DNA of 64,000 nt from positions 2,852,001 to 2,916,000 of the forward strand of contig CATNEN010000041.1 in NCBI GenBank assembly GCA_950097015.1, written 5' to 3'. This document shows positions 25,798 to 39,000 of this stretch, in pieces. The number at the start of each line of letters is the position of its first letter. The first letter of the stretch is position 1. The notes below the pieces were generated by a model. That model had not been told where the DNA came from, did no database searches, and saw only the letters and a list, made by a program, of their open reading frames with translations. The DNA is from Macrostomum hystrix (lineage: Eukaryota > Animalia > Platyhelminthes). The translations under genes and the position numbers were made by a program.

Positions 25798-28665
25798 TTT
25801 GAAGTTCCAACAGTGTGCTTCGAGTGTCGGCAACCAGATTTGCCAAGGTCGTTAGTGTCTGCAGGAAACAAAATAACGCGGATTTGATAGAACAGAGCTT
25901 ATCCTCCTCATACCATCACCCTCCCTACACTACTCTCACCTCACCTCCACTTAACCTCTTCACCCTCCTCTCACCCTCAACACCCTCCGCTCACCCTCTC
26001 TGCCCGCCCAGCTGTCACCCCGTGTGCTTTATAGTCTGCTGAACGTGCCTGAGTCAACCTGCCAAACTCACATCTTCCAGCCTCCTCAGCGCCTCCGTCG
26101 CCGTGTCAACGCGGAGATTTCCATCGAACTGACCCGCGTCGTCTTCTTCCAGCTCGGAGCGGCCCAAAGACGGTGGCCGTTGGGACGGATGATGATCAAG
26201 CGAGTGCGGCTGCGACTCACCCGACTCCGCTTCTGGCCTGGGGCGAGTGCCTACGGTCAAGGAATGCCAAGGAATGGTCTGTGACTTGTTGCTCCCCAGC
26301 ACTCACTCAGCTCCCCAGCACTCACTCAGCTCCCCAGCACTTACTCAGCTCCCCAGCACTCACTCAGCTCCCCAGCACTCACTCAGCTCCCCAGCACTCA
26401 CTCAGCTCCCCAGCACTCACTCAGCTCCCCAGCACTCACTCAGCTCCCCAGCACTCACTCAGCTCCCCAGCACTCACTCAGCTCCCCAGCACTCACTCAG
26501 CTCCCCAGCACTCACTCAGCTCCCCAGCACTCACTCAGCTCCCCAGCACTCACTCAGCTCCCCAGCACTCACTCAGCTCCCCAGCACTCACTCAGCTCCC
26601 CAGCACTCACTCAGCTCCCCAGCACTCACTCAGCTCCCCAGCACTCACTCAGCTCCCCAGCACTCACTCAGCTCCCCAGCACTCACTCAGCTCCCCAGCA
26701 CTCACTCAGCTCCCCAGCACTCACTCAGCTCCCCAGCACTCACTCAGCTCCCCAGCACTCACTCAGCTCCCCAGCACTCACTCAGCTCCCCAGCACTCAC
26801 TCAGCTCCCCAGCACTCACTCAGCTCCCCAGCACTCACTCAGCTCCCCAGCACTCACTCAGCTCCCCAGCACTCACTCAGCTCCCCAGCACTCACTCAGC
26901 TGCCTGAAAGAAGCGGGCGCAGAGCTCGAAGCTGATCCTCGCGATTCTTCATTGCCCTTGATATCAACCGTCGACGAGAAGACCGAGAGGCTCCTCTTGA
27001 CTCGGCTGATGTTTCTAAGAAATTAAACGGTGAGTCTTTGCAGAGACACCCTGATCTGTCACTCACTCGCCTCTGAGACATCCTGATCTGTCACTCACTC
27101 GCCTCTGAGACACCCTGATCTGTCACTCACTCGCCTCTGAGACATCCTGATCAGTCACTCACTCGCCTCTGAGACACCCTGATCTGTCACTCACTCGCCT
27201 CTGAGACATCCTGATCTGTCACTCACTCGCCTCTGAGACATCCTGATCTGTCACTCACTCGCCTCTGAGACACCCTGATCTGTCACTCACTCGCCTCTGA
27301 GACATCCTGATCTGTCACTCACTCGCCTCTGAGACATCCTGATCTGTCACTCACTCGCCTCTGAGACATCCTGATCTGTCACTCACTCGCCTCTGAGACA
27401 TCCTGATCTGTCACTCACTCGCCTCTGAGACATCCTGATCTGTCACTCACTCGCCTCTGAGACATCCTGATCTGTCACTCACTCGCCTCTGAGACATCCT
27501 GATCTGCTACTTACTTTGCTGTGGGTAATGGTATATTATTTGGTGACAGTCGACCTGCAGCCAGCGAGGTGGCAATTCTGCTCATTTCACTGACTCCTCA
27601 GCACACATTCACACAGATACCGTGGGCAGGCACACGCTCACTCAGGGGGTGTATATGCCACTTCACCCCCTGAACTGCCACTTACTCGTCTTTGTGGTCA
27701 CCGCTAGATCGACGCTTTCGAGTCGAGTCGACACTTCTTGCCCCGTATGTCCCTGTCGACTCGGAAGATGTCTCCGTCCGCTGTTGATTCTGCTGCTTCT
27801 GCTGCTGCTGTTGCTGCTGCTTCTGCTGCTGTTGTTGCTGCTGCTGCTGTTGCTGCTGCTGCAGCAGATACTCAGTCAGTTTTTCCGCAGCCAGAAACTC
27901 AGATGGCGTCTGACTAGCGGCGGCTGAGAGCTGCGCCACCTCCTGCTGCATCAGTGGGAGGCTGGACCGCATAAATGGGATCACAAACGGGCGCAGGGGA
28001 AAATTGGTGGCGCTGAGCAGCTCAGACTGGAAGTCCTCCAGGGTCAGGCCGCCGCTCTGCGGGCATCGTTTGCGGCGTTGAGCAAGACTAGCGCATTGTG
28101 AAGGACAGCTGATTGGTTATCTCAGTATCACCTGTCCCCTGTGCCTATGAGACAGTCCCCTGTGCCTATGAGACAATCCTGCCGTGCCTATGAGACAATC
28201 CTGCCGTGCCTATGAGACAATCCTGCCGTGCCTATGAGACAATCCTGCCGTGCCTATGAGACAATCCTGCCGTGCCTATGAGACAATCCTGCCGTGCCTA
28301 TGAGACAATCCTGCCGTGCCTATGAGACAATCCTGCCGTGCCTATGAGACAATCCTGCCGTGCCTATGAGACAATCCTGCCGTGCCTATGAGACAATCCT
28401 CCGGTTGGGGAGGCTCTGCTCCTCCTATGCCTGATGCTCCCATCTCCCCTGCCCTCACCAGCAGCCGCCTGACCAGCCCTCGAACTCGATCTCCGACCCG
28501 CGGCCCGATGTCGCAGCCGAATTGCAGCAGGGTGCTCAGAAAGCGTCTGAGCTTTGTCAGCTTGCCGTCGCCCACGTCAAAGACGTCGCTACTGACGTCC
28601 TCCCGGTCGGCGTCAGCAAGACTGAGGTGCGGGCGGGCGCAGCTGACAGCGGGTTTCGCGCCCAT
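22987..28665 (-). CDS. RUNX1T1: nervy / MTG8-ETO (RUNX1T1/CBFA2T) family co-repressor, about 524 aa. Exons 28665-28459, 28056-27686, 27577-27515, 27014-26896, 26232-26072, 25858-25603, 24032-23854, 23478-23346, 23072-22987; start codon tentative
   Basis: TAFH/NHR1 ([22 protein letters not shown]|[39 protein letters not shown]); NHR2-like (LRRLED|[19 protein letters not shown]); NHR3-like ([24 protein letters not shown]); MYND finger ([31 protein letters not shown]). Exon sum 1575 nt, in frame. Confidence 0.9.
23105..23310. repeat. About 20-bp degenerate minisatellite, last nervy intron
   Basis: Unit GCTGACACACCAACACCCCA. Confidence 0.85.
23551..23852. repeat. 10-bp tandem repeat (about 30 copies), nervy intron
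   Basis: (CATCCCAGCT)n abutting the minus-strand donor. Confidence 0.97.
24088..24258. repeat. 19-bp minisatellite, nervy intron
   Basis: Unit ATTGGAACTGAGATGGATC. Confidence 0.9.
24263..24652. repeat. 20-bp minisatellite (about 19 copies), nervy intron
   Basis: Unit CAGATTGGGTCACAGGAACT. Confidence 0.95.
26293..26900. repeat. 19-bp minisatellite (about 32 copies), nervy intron
   Basis: Unit CTCCCCAGCACTCACTCAG; on the minus strand it includes the GTGAGT donor. Confidence 0.97.
27042..27506. repeat. 32-bp minisatellite (about 14 copies), nervy intron
   Basis: Unit GAGACATCCTGATCTGTCACTCACTCGCCTCT. Confidence 0.95.
28139..28400. repeat. 22-bp minisatellite (about 12 copies), nervy intron
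   Basis: Unit GTGCCTATGAGACAATCCTGCC. Confidence 0.95.
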
Positions 28666-29095
28666 CTGCTCCTGTGGCTGGCTGCTGAACTGAGTGACAG
28701 ACTGGCAGCGCTTGAGTCTCTCAGCTTCGCCCCGGGCTGTGCCCGATTTATTTTGCCCAGCTGTCTCCGCTAGCAGGACTGACCCCCCTGCCTGGTCTGC
28801 CTGGCCAATTCTGGCGAACCAGCAGCGCCCATCTGGTGTGTGACCGAACAGCTGCAGCCAATCAGCAATCAGGAGGAAGCGGCTCGGCTGAAAGACGGCT
28901 TGAGCGAGGCGTGGGACGGGAGAAGAGGCCGTTCTGTTCTGCTTGTGTGCCCCAGCGGAGGCGTTGCGGCAGCAGCTGGCGGCGCTCCAGCCAGACCTGG
29001 GCACAGCTGCTGCCCCGCAACGACTCTGGGGTGGAGGGGTTGGCGAATGACGCCGCCTAGGCCGGAATTGTAATATGTGTTTGAGCGGCTCACAA

Positions 29096-29491
<396 letters not shown>

Positions 29492-30075
29492 AGAACCATC
29501 GCCCACAATGTCCGCTGCGAGTTTCACTGCATGAAGTGTGCGCATGCGAATCAGGTTTCTGCTTTGTCTCTCGTCTGAATGCCTCGATGGCTCTGCCAAA
29601 CAGACTAACTTGGCCGGGCAAGCAAAGCATCTGTTTGGGAGAACAAATGATTGCGCGGAACAGGCCCGGCACCCTCGGTCCCTCGGCCAAGTCTGCCTTC
29701 CTCGCCCCGCTCCCCATGGCCGCACAAGCCGTGCCGACCGCCCGCTGGGTTTCATCGACCGCGGCCCCCCGCACCCACCAGGCCTGTGAAGGCGGCAGGG
29801 TTGGGGGGGCCTTGACGGGCTGGGGTTGGATTCCGAGTTGCGGCTGATTCAGCCCTTCTGGACAACGCTGCCGACAGTTGTTCACCTCCAGTCCGGCCCT
29901 CCTCCCTCCCAGGGCCTTCCCATTCGGAAGCGCGGGCGGGTATTTCAGCCAGTTCCCATTCGCCGGGGCAGCCTCTTTGTCTCCCGCAAATTTTCAGCAG
30001 TTTCGAATGCTGCAGCTGAACTTCTGTTGAAATACCGCAGACAGCTCACCTGCTCACTCGCTACCCCCACGAACA

Positions 30076-33000
30076 ATGCGGAGTTGGCTGCCAACTGGGC
30101 CGCTGCTCCCGTTGCTGCTGCTGCTGCTGCGCTGCTCCGGCCAGCCGCTTCAGGAGCCAATGGTGAACAACCTGGAGCAGGCGGCCACCCTGGAAGCGTC
30201 GGCCACCTGCGGCGTCGCTCCGGACGGCAGTGGGATCGCCGAGGAGTTCTGCAAGATCACCGGCGGCATCAAGCACGAGTTGGAGGCGAACATCGAGGTC
30301 AAGGACGGCAGCCAGTGCGGCAAGTGCAACGCATTCTCTCACCCGGCCTCAAACGTCAAGAGCTCGAATCTGGGCGACTCGCTGAGCTGGATCAGCCCGC
30401 CGTTGATCCGTGGTGACGCTTACGAGAGCGTCAACTTCACAATCAGCTTCAAGAAGCTCTACCAGATTGACAACATCGTCATGAAGACTGGCGAGAGTCC
30501 GCGGCCGGCCGCCTTCGTCGTGCTGAAGTCGCTAGATGGCGAGAGCTACCAGCCGATGATGTACTTTAGCACCGACTGCCGCCAGGACTTTCGCATGGAG
30601 CCGAAGGCATGGGCCGACGCGGACGACGAGGTGATCTGCATCGAGAAGTACAAGACGATGGAGCACTTCCAGGACCACTCGGCTGATGTACGTTATTTGT
30701 TTAGGGCGTGAATGTTAGTATTCTACTGTGAGTAGTACAGAAAGAAAACTGCATCGAAACCACCGCTTTAAAAATGTCCGATCGCAGATTAACATCCTGC
30801 TCAACAAGGACCGTCCGAGCGGGCAGCAGCCCTCAGACAAGCTGCTGGAATTCCTGCGGGTCAAGTCAGTGCGCATCAACTTCCGCAGGATGTACAAGTT
30901 CTCTGTCAGCATGTCACCGCAGACACCCAGGTTGGACGACAACCAGAAAAAGAGGGTGAGAACTCAGCAACAGCCCTGCTCACATCCTCACATCAGCCCA
31001 GTTTAGCTCACATCCTTCCAATATCCCTCACATCCTTCCAATATCCCTCACATCCTACCAATATCCCTCACATCCTACCAATATCCCTCACATCCTACCA
31101 ATATCCCTCACATCCTTCCAATATCCCTCACATCCTACCAAAATGCCTCACATCCTACCAATATCCCTCACATCCTACCAATATGCCTCACATCCTTCCA
31201 ATATCCCTCACATCCTTGACTCGCGCCTCCCCACAGTACTTTTACAGTGTAAGCCTGCTGAAGATCAGCGGGCACTGCTACTGCAACGGCTTGGCCAGCG
31301 ACTGCGAGTTGGACACACTGATTGACGACTTCAAGTGCCGCTGCCTGGAGGGAGTCGAGGGAGACAACTGCAGCCGGTGCGCTGCCACGCATCCACAGAA
31401 GCCGTGGCGGGCTGGACGACCATGCGAGAGTGAGCAGCTTGAGGACTCCGGAGAACTGGACTATGGGTTGCCGGAGCTATTAGGAACTGGACTCTGGATT
31501 GCCGGAGCTATTAGGAACTGGACTATGGGTTGCCGGAGCTATTAGGAACTGGACTATGGGTTGCCGGAGCTATTAGGAACTGGACTATGGGTTGCCGGAG
31601 CTATTAGGAACTGGACTATGGGTTGCTGGAGCTATTAGGAACTGGACTCTGGATTGCCGGAGCTATTAGGAACTGGACTATGGGTTGCTGGAGCTATTAG
31701 GAACTGGACTCTGGATTGCCGGAGCTACTAGGAACTGGACTATGGGTTGCTGGAGCTATTAGGAACTGGACTCTGGATTGCCGGAGCTATTAGGAACTGG
31801 ACTATGGGTTGCTGGAGCTATTAGGAACTGGACTCTGGATTGCCGGAGCTACTAGGAACTGGACTATGGGTTGCTGGAGCTACTAGGAACTGGACTCTGG
31901 GTTGCTGGGAGACCCTTGTCATCCCGGATGAAGGAGTCTGGAGTAGGCTTTGCAATGACCTTCATCAGCTATTCTCTGACTGTCTCCATCAGAGTGCAAC
32001 TGCCACGGCCACAGCGATCAGTGCCGCTTCGATCCCGAGGTGGCCCGCCAGCGCCTCTCCATGGACCTCGACGGCGTCTACGAGGGCGGCGGCGTCTGCT
32101 CGGAGTGCCGCGACAACACCAAGGGCACGAACTGCCGTGCCTGCGCCCCGGGGTTCTTCCACCCGGTGGGCCGGCTGTGGAACCGCACCGACTCCTGCGT
32201 CAGTGAGTGGCCGCCGCAGCTGGAGCAGCTGTGTTTAGCGGTGTTTCTGATGACCAGCAGTGTGTTTAGTGGTGTTTCTGATGACCAGCAGTGTGTTAAT
32301 TGGTGTTTCTGGTGACCAGCAGTGTGTTTAGAGCGGTGTTTCTGATGACCAGCAGTGTGTTTAGCGGTGTTTCTGATGACCAGCAGTGTGTTTAGCGGTG
32401 TTTCTGATGACCAGCAGTGTGTTTAGCGGTGTTTCTGATGACCAGCAGCTGTGTTTAGCGGTGTTGCTGATGACTAGCAGTGTGTTTAGTGGTGTTTCTG
32501 ATGACCAGCAGTGTGTTTAGCGGTGTTTCTGATGACCAGCAGTGTGTTTAGCGGTGTTTCTGATGACCAGCAGCTGTGTTTAGCGGTGTTTCTGATGACC
32601 AGCAGTGTGTTTAGCGGTGTTTCTGATGACCAGCAGTGTGTTTAGCAGTGTTTCTGATGACCAGCAGCTGTGTTTAGCGGTGTTGCTGATGACTAGCAGT
32701 GTGTTTAGCGGTGTTTCTGATGACCAGCAGTGTGTTTAGTGGTGTTTCTGATGACCAGCAGTGTGTTTAGAGCGGTGTTTCTGGTGACCAGCAGTGTGTT
32801 TAGAGCGTTGTTTCTGGTGACCAGCAGTGTGTTTAGTGGTGTTTCTGATGACCAGCAGTGTGTTTAGTGGTGTTTCTGATGACCAGCAGTGTGTTTAGTG
32901 GTGTTTCTGATGACCAGCAGTGTGTTTAGTGTCTGAGGTACATTACAAGCCCCAACCCGCTGCAGAGTGCAACTGCAGCACTCAGCTGTCCAGCGGCGAA

Positions 33001-36000
33001 TGCAAGGATGGCTACGGCGAGTGCGTGTGCAAGAAGAACTTCACTGGACTGAACTGCGAACTGTGAGTTAATTCCTCAACCTGCCATTATCATCCCTCAA
33101 TCTGCCATTATCATCCCCCAATCAGTCATTATCATCCCTCAATCTGCCATTATCATCCCCCAATCAGCCATTATCATCCCTCAATCAGCCATTATCATCC
33201 CTCAACCTGCCATTATCATCCCTCAATCTGCCATTATCATCCCCCAATCAGCCATTATCATCCCTCAATCAGCCATTATCATCCCTCAATCTGCCATTAT
33301 CATCCCCCAATCAGTCATTATCATCCCTCAATCTGCCATTATCATCCCCCAATCAGTCATTATCATCCCTCAATCTGCCATTATCATCCCCCAATCAGCC
33401 ATTATCATCCCCCAATCAGCCATTATCATCCCTCAATCTGCCATTATCATCCCCCCAATCAGCCATTATCATCCCTCAATCAGCCACTATCATCCCTCAA
33501 TCAGCCATTATCATCCTCCAATCAGTCATTATCATCCCTCAATCTGCCATTATCATCCCCCAATCAGCCATTATCATCCCCCAATCAGTCATTATCATCC
33601 CTCAATCTGCCATTATCATCCCCCAATCAGCCATTATCATCCCCCAATCTGCCATTATCATCCCTCAATCTGCCATTATCATCCCTCTATCTGCGGCCCT
33701 CAATGCTCACAGGTGTTCCGCGGGCTACATGAATCCGCCGACCTGCGAGCCGTGCGACTGCAACCCGGTGGGCACGGTGGCCGGCCGCTGCGACTCGGCC
33801 GACGGCCGCTGCGCTTGCCGGCCGACTTTCAGCGGTGACAAATGCGACACCTGCGCTGACGGCTTCACTGGCTTCCCCAGCTGCCAGAGTAAGTCGCCAC
33901 CGAGGCAGAGCTGTGACACGTTTAGATCCCACCTGCAGGTAGATGATAATTAGCAACTGCCCACCCCGCAGAGTGCAGGTGTTCTGTCTTTGGAGCAGCT
34001 AGCGAAGTGTGCTACCCGGACAACGGGCAGTGCGTCTGCAAGCCGGGCTACACTGGAACAAACTGCGACCAGTGCGACATCGGCTACTACATGCACAAGG
34101 GCAGCTGCTTCAGTGAGTGCCCGCGATCTGGCATTTGCACCTGCTGGAGGATGGGAATGATCTGCCCGATGGGATCTGGCATTTGCACCTGCTGGAGGAT
34201 GGGAATGATCTGCCCGATGGGATCTGGCATTTGCACCTGCTGGAGGATGGGAATGATCTGCCCGATGGGATCTGGCATTTGCACCTGCTGGAGGATGGGA
34301 AAAATGTTTACGCACTGGGGCTTAGTGTTGTCAGGGAGAGTATGAGTCCGACTTAGCCATCACACGAGGGCTTTGTTCTCACTTCGCCGTGGCAGGCTGC
34401 AGCTGCTACAGCGAGGGTGTCAACGCTTCAATCTGCGACGCCGGCAACGGCGCCTGCTTTTGCGAGGACGGCTTCAGCGGGCCGCAGTGCTCCGTGTGCC
34501 AGCCTGGCCGATGGGACTTTCCGAACTGCACCGACTGCGCATGCAACCCGGCGGGCTCCGAGGCCACCGCCGGCTGCGACCCCGCCACCGGGCGCTGCTT
34601 CTGCCGGCAGGGCTACAAGGGCCGCGACTGCGCCCGATGCGCGCCCGGCTTCACCCTGCTGCGTCGCCATGACAACGGCTCCGTGGAGTGCAAGCCCTGC
34701 CGGTGCAGCGCGGTGGGCAGCGAGGCCGGCGGCGTCTGCGACCCGCTGACGGGCAAGTGCCGCTGCCGCAGCCGGGTGCGCGGGCCCAGCTGCGACTCCT
34801 GCAGCATCGGCTTCCTCAACTTCCCCGTGTGCGAGCGTGAGTGTCACCCGCCCTCTCCGAAGATTGTGGCTTAGAAACCTGCGGAATCCAGCTTTTGAAA
34901 GCATCCCGCACCCCTTACCCACCGCAGCCTGCGCCTGCGACATGCGCGGCTCGAAGCTGTTCCCGAAGTTCCCGAACGGCCTGTGCATCCAGAACGCGCC
35001 CAACCCCTGCGTGTGCAAGGCCAACGCGTTCGGGCGGCGCTGCCAGCGCTGCCGGCCCGGCTTCTGGGACCTCAGCAGGGACGACCCGAGAGGCTGCCGG
35101 GCCTGCAACTGCACGCCTAGCGGCGTGGCCGGCGAGCTGAGCCACTGCGACCAGCAGGCCGGCAGGTGAGAGTTCCAGCCAGTGGGATTTCATTGGAAGG
35201 TCTCGCGGACTGACCTTTCTTGTTCTAATTGGAACTATGCATCTCATTGTCTCTATGGGATTGGCTGTTTTGGGATTTGGGACTAAACCCAACCCGGCCC
35301 GCAACCGCCAGATGCGCATGCAAGCCCCTGGCCACGGGCGCCACCTGCAACACCTGCCCCAGCGGCTCCCGCGACCTCGCTGCCGGAAGCTGGCTCGGCT
35401 GCCAGCCGTGCGGCTGCGACCCCGCCGGCTCGGTCGTTCCAAACTGCATCGCCGACCCCAGCGACTCGAGCGTCTGCGCCTGCCGGCACGCTTCTGTGGC
35501 GGGCCGCCTGTGCGACCGGCCCGCGCTCGAGCACTACTGGCCCGGCCTCGGACAGCATCGAGTCGAACTCGAGACCTCCGCCCGCGTGCCGCTTCCGCCA
35601 GCTGGCGCCGCCGGCTCAGCCTCAGCCTCAAAGCGGCCGCCGCTGCGCTACGCATTCAACGCCAGCGAGTTCCCCGGCTTCTCCTACCTGGGCTACGTGC
35701 CGTTGGACAAACCGCAACCAGCTGTGGAGCTCGAACTCGCGACTGTCGGAGCCGGGGCGGGACCCCAGCGACTGACGATCCACTACAGACAGTCGGGCTT
35801 CCGGGCCGCCGGCCTGAACGCCACAGCCGGAGACCGCGGCTTCGCCCTGCGGGTGTCCACCAGCGACGGCACGCAGCTTGGCAGCGTCCCGGTCAGCCTG
35901 ACAGCCGATGGTTCATCCTTGGCGTCGACGGCTTTTGTGAACCTGCCAGACGTTAGGAACCTCACCCTGCGGCTGCAGCTGGCGGACCCGGACGCTCGGC

Positions 36001-39000
36001 TCGCCCAGGAGGCGCTGCTGATCGACTGGGTGGAGCTCACGCCCGCTAGGCTGCTGGACGGGGAAGTTTGCGCCGCAGTCAGCCCGCCGCCCTGCCCGAG
36101 TGCCGGCGGCACCGAGAATGTCTGCGCGGAATTCGCCCTGCCCGGCCTGACCGAGTATCGACAGGTGAGCTCCCAGCCCCCGATTCACCTTTTATCCAAC
36201 AACATTAGCAGACTGATCCAGCATCTGACTGATCCAGCATCTGACTGATCCAGCATCTGATTGATCCAGCATCTGACTGATCCAGCATCTGATTGATCCA
36301 GCATCTGACTGATCCAGCATCTGACTGTAAACAAGTTACAAAACCCGAAAATTCCGCAGGAATTCGCAATCCCCGAGCAGTCGGTAGCTGCTGACGGTGA
36401 AATCGCCCTGCCGCTGAATGTGACGCGGCCCGGTGCTCGCTTCCTGCTGCTCGACTATGTCAGCGACGGGCCCGGCGGGCACAATGCCTCCCTAAAGCTA
36501 GGCAGCGCGACAGTTCGATTCGCTTTGCCCACCTGCCCGAACTCCGCGCCCTGTCGGCATCTGGTGAAGACTGCCGAAGCCCCCGACCAGCCGGCGGCCC
36601 TGAGACTGACGGCGGCCGACACGGAGATGCGCTTGAGCTTGCTGGGTGGGCCTGGATTGAACCTGGTGAGCCGGGATCTCACCTGATACCCCGATCCAGG
36701 ACCTGTCTGACACCTCCTTCTAGGACCTGTCTGACACCTCCTTCTAGGACCTGTCTGACACCTCCTTCTAGGACCTGTCTGACACCTCCTTCCAGGACCT
36801 GTCTGACACCTCCTTCTAGGACCTCTAAAACCAACCCGCAGAAGTCTCTCTACTCGATCCCGCTGAACCGATGGTCTCCGCTAATGCTGGAGTCCCGCAT
36901 CGCCCGCTACCACCTTCCTGCCGCTGAGGGCGGCCGACGACGCGCCCCCATCGCCCCAACCTGGGAGGCTGCGCAGGTCGCTGCAGGCCAGCCCCGCCTG
37001 GCCACCGCCCGGGGCCCACCGCCGCCACCCGGGCAGCCGTTGGAGCTGCCGCCAGGAGGTCGGGCGAGCATCAGCCTGCGCTTCACCGTCTCGGAGCCCA
37101 ATGTCCCGACTAACTATCAGGCCTTCGTAATGGTGCGGCAGCTGAGCTCCGAGTTCGCCGACAAGCAGCCGCGGATGATCGCCTCACTGACCGGCCTGCT
37201 CGTCGGTCCGGCAAACGTGAGCGTCCTCCTGCAGTTCTGCGCTGCAGATGCAGGATGTCCCGTGGACGTCGGAGAAGTCCTATGGCTGCCAGGAGCTGAG
37301 GATCTCGCAGTGGAGATCGTGGCAGAAGACCAAGCGCTGCTGTTGGTCAGTTCAATGTGTCTGACTGTCACTGATGCTGTCTGACTGTCACTGATGATGT
37401 CTGACTGTCACTGATGCTGTCTGACTGTCACTGATGCTGTCTGACTGTCACTGATGCTGTCTGACTGTCACTGATGCTGTAAATACCTTCAATATAAACT
37501 GCCTTCTAGTTCGGAGCGTTTCTCACCACCTCGGCGGCGCCGCTGTCACAGAGCCCCATTCGCTTTGGCCAGCAGTTTCGGGAGGACTGCTTGAACTCAA
37601 ATCAGCTGGATGTCAGGTGAGCTGGAGGTCAGGTGAGCTGGAGGTCAGGTGAGCTGGAGGTCAGGTGAGCTGGAGGTCAGGTGAGCTGAAGGTCAGGTGA
37701 GCTGGAGGTCAGGTGAGCTGAAGGTCAGGTGAGCTGGAGGTCAGGTGAGCTGGAGGTCAGGTGAGCTGAAGGTCAGGTGAGCTGGAGGTCAGGTGAGCTG
37801 AAGGTCAGGTGAGCTGGAGGTCAGGTGAGCTGGAGGTCAGGTGAGCTGGAGGTCAGGTGAGCTGAAGGTCAGGTGAGCTGGAGGTCAGGTGAGCTGAAGG
37901 TCAGGTGAGCTGGAGGTCAGGTGAGCTGGAGGTCAGGTGAGTTGGAGGTCAGGTGAGCTGAAGGTCAGGTGAGCTGGAGGTCAGGTGAGCTGAAGGTCAG
38001 GTGAGCTGGAGGTCAGGTGAGCTGAAGGTCAGGTGAGCTGGAGGTCAGGTGAGCTGAAGGTCAGGTGAGCTGGAGGTCAGGTGAGCTGGAGGTCAGGTGA
38101 TGTGGAGTGAATTAAAGGTGAATTTAAATACCCAATTCATTGAGTGTCTCAGACTAACAATTCTGACACCCAACAGTTGCTCACTGACCCTGATTCGCTG
38201 ACACTCAACAGTTGCTCACTGACCCTGATTCGCTGACACTCAACAGTTGCTCACTGACCCTGATCCGCTGAAATTTGCAGGCGCTCGGACCCTCTGTGCT
38301 CGCTGTGCCTGCGGCAGGGCAGTGTGGCCTACAACAACGGCTACCGGCCCTGCAATTGCGACCCGAAAGGCGCCTTCAACAACAGCTGCGACCAGCTGAC
38401 TGGGCAGTGCAGCTGCCGCGGCATCACGGTGGGCCGCACCTGCGACAAATGTCCCATTGGCTTCTTCAACTTCCCTGACTGCACCAGTGAGTCTAGTCAG
38501 GTGTCTAGTCAGTGAGTGAGTCTAGTCAGGTGTCTAGTCAGTGAGTGAGTCTAGTCAGGTGTCTAGTCAGTGAGTGAGTCTAGTCAGGTGTCTAGTCAGT
38601 GAGTGAGTCTAGTCAGGTGTCTAGTCAGTGAGTGAGTCTAGTCAGGTGTCTAGTCAGTGAGTGAGTCTAGTCAGGTGTCTAGTCAGTGAGTGAGTCTAGT
38701 CAGGTGTCTAGTCAGTGAGTGAGTCTAGTCAGTGAGTGAGTCTAGTCAGGTGTCTAGTCAGTGAGTGAGTCTAGTCAGTGAGTGAGTCTAGTCAGTGAGT
38801 GAGTCTAGTCAGTGAGTGAGTCTAGTCAGGTGTCTAGTCAGTGAGTGAGTCTAGTCAGTGAGTGAGTCTAGTCAGTGAGTGAGTCTAGTCAGGTGTCTAG
38901 TCAGTGAGTGAGTCTAGTCAGGGAGCTTGTCAGTGAGGGCTGCGGACTGAGAAGCATAGACTGTGTCAAGTGGCATGTCTGAGGAGGTATTGGGGTGTAA

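Noticed and set aside
34428-36188. Antisense ORFs over laminin, ABCA and SEC23IP exons
   Set aside because: Shadow ORFs expected opposite GC3-rich coding sequence; no independent splice or domain evidence.
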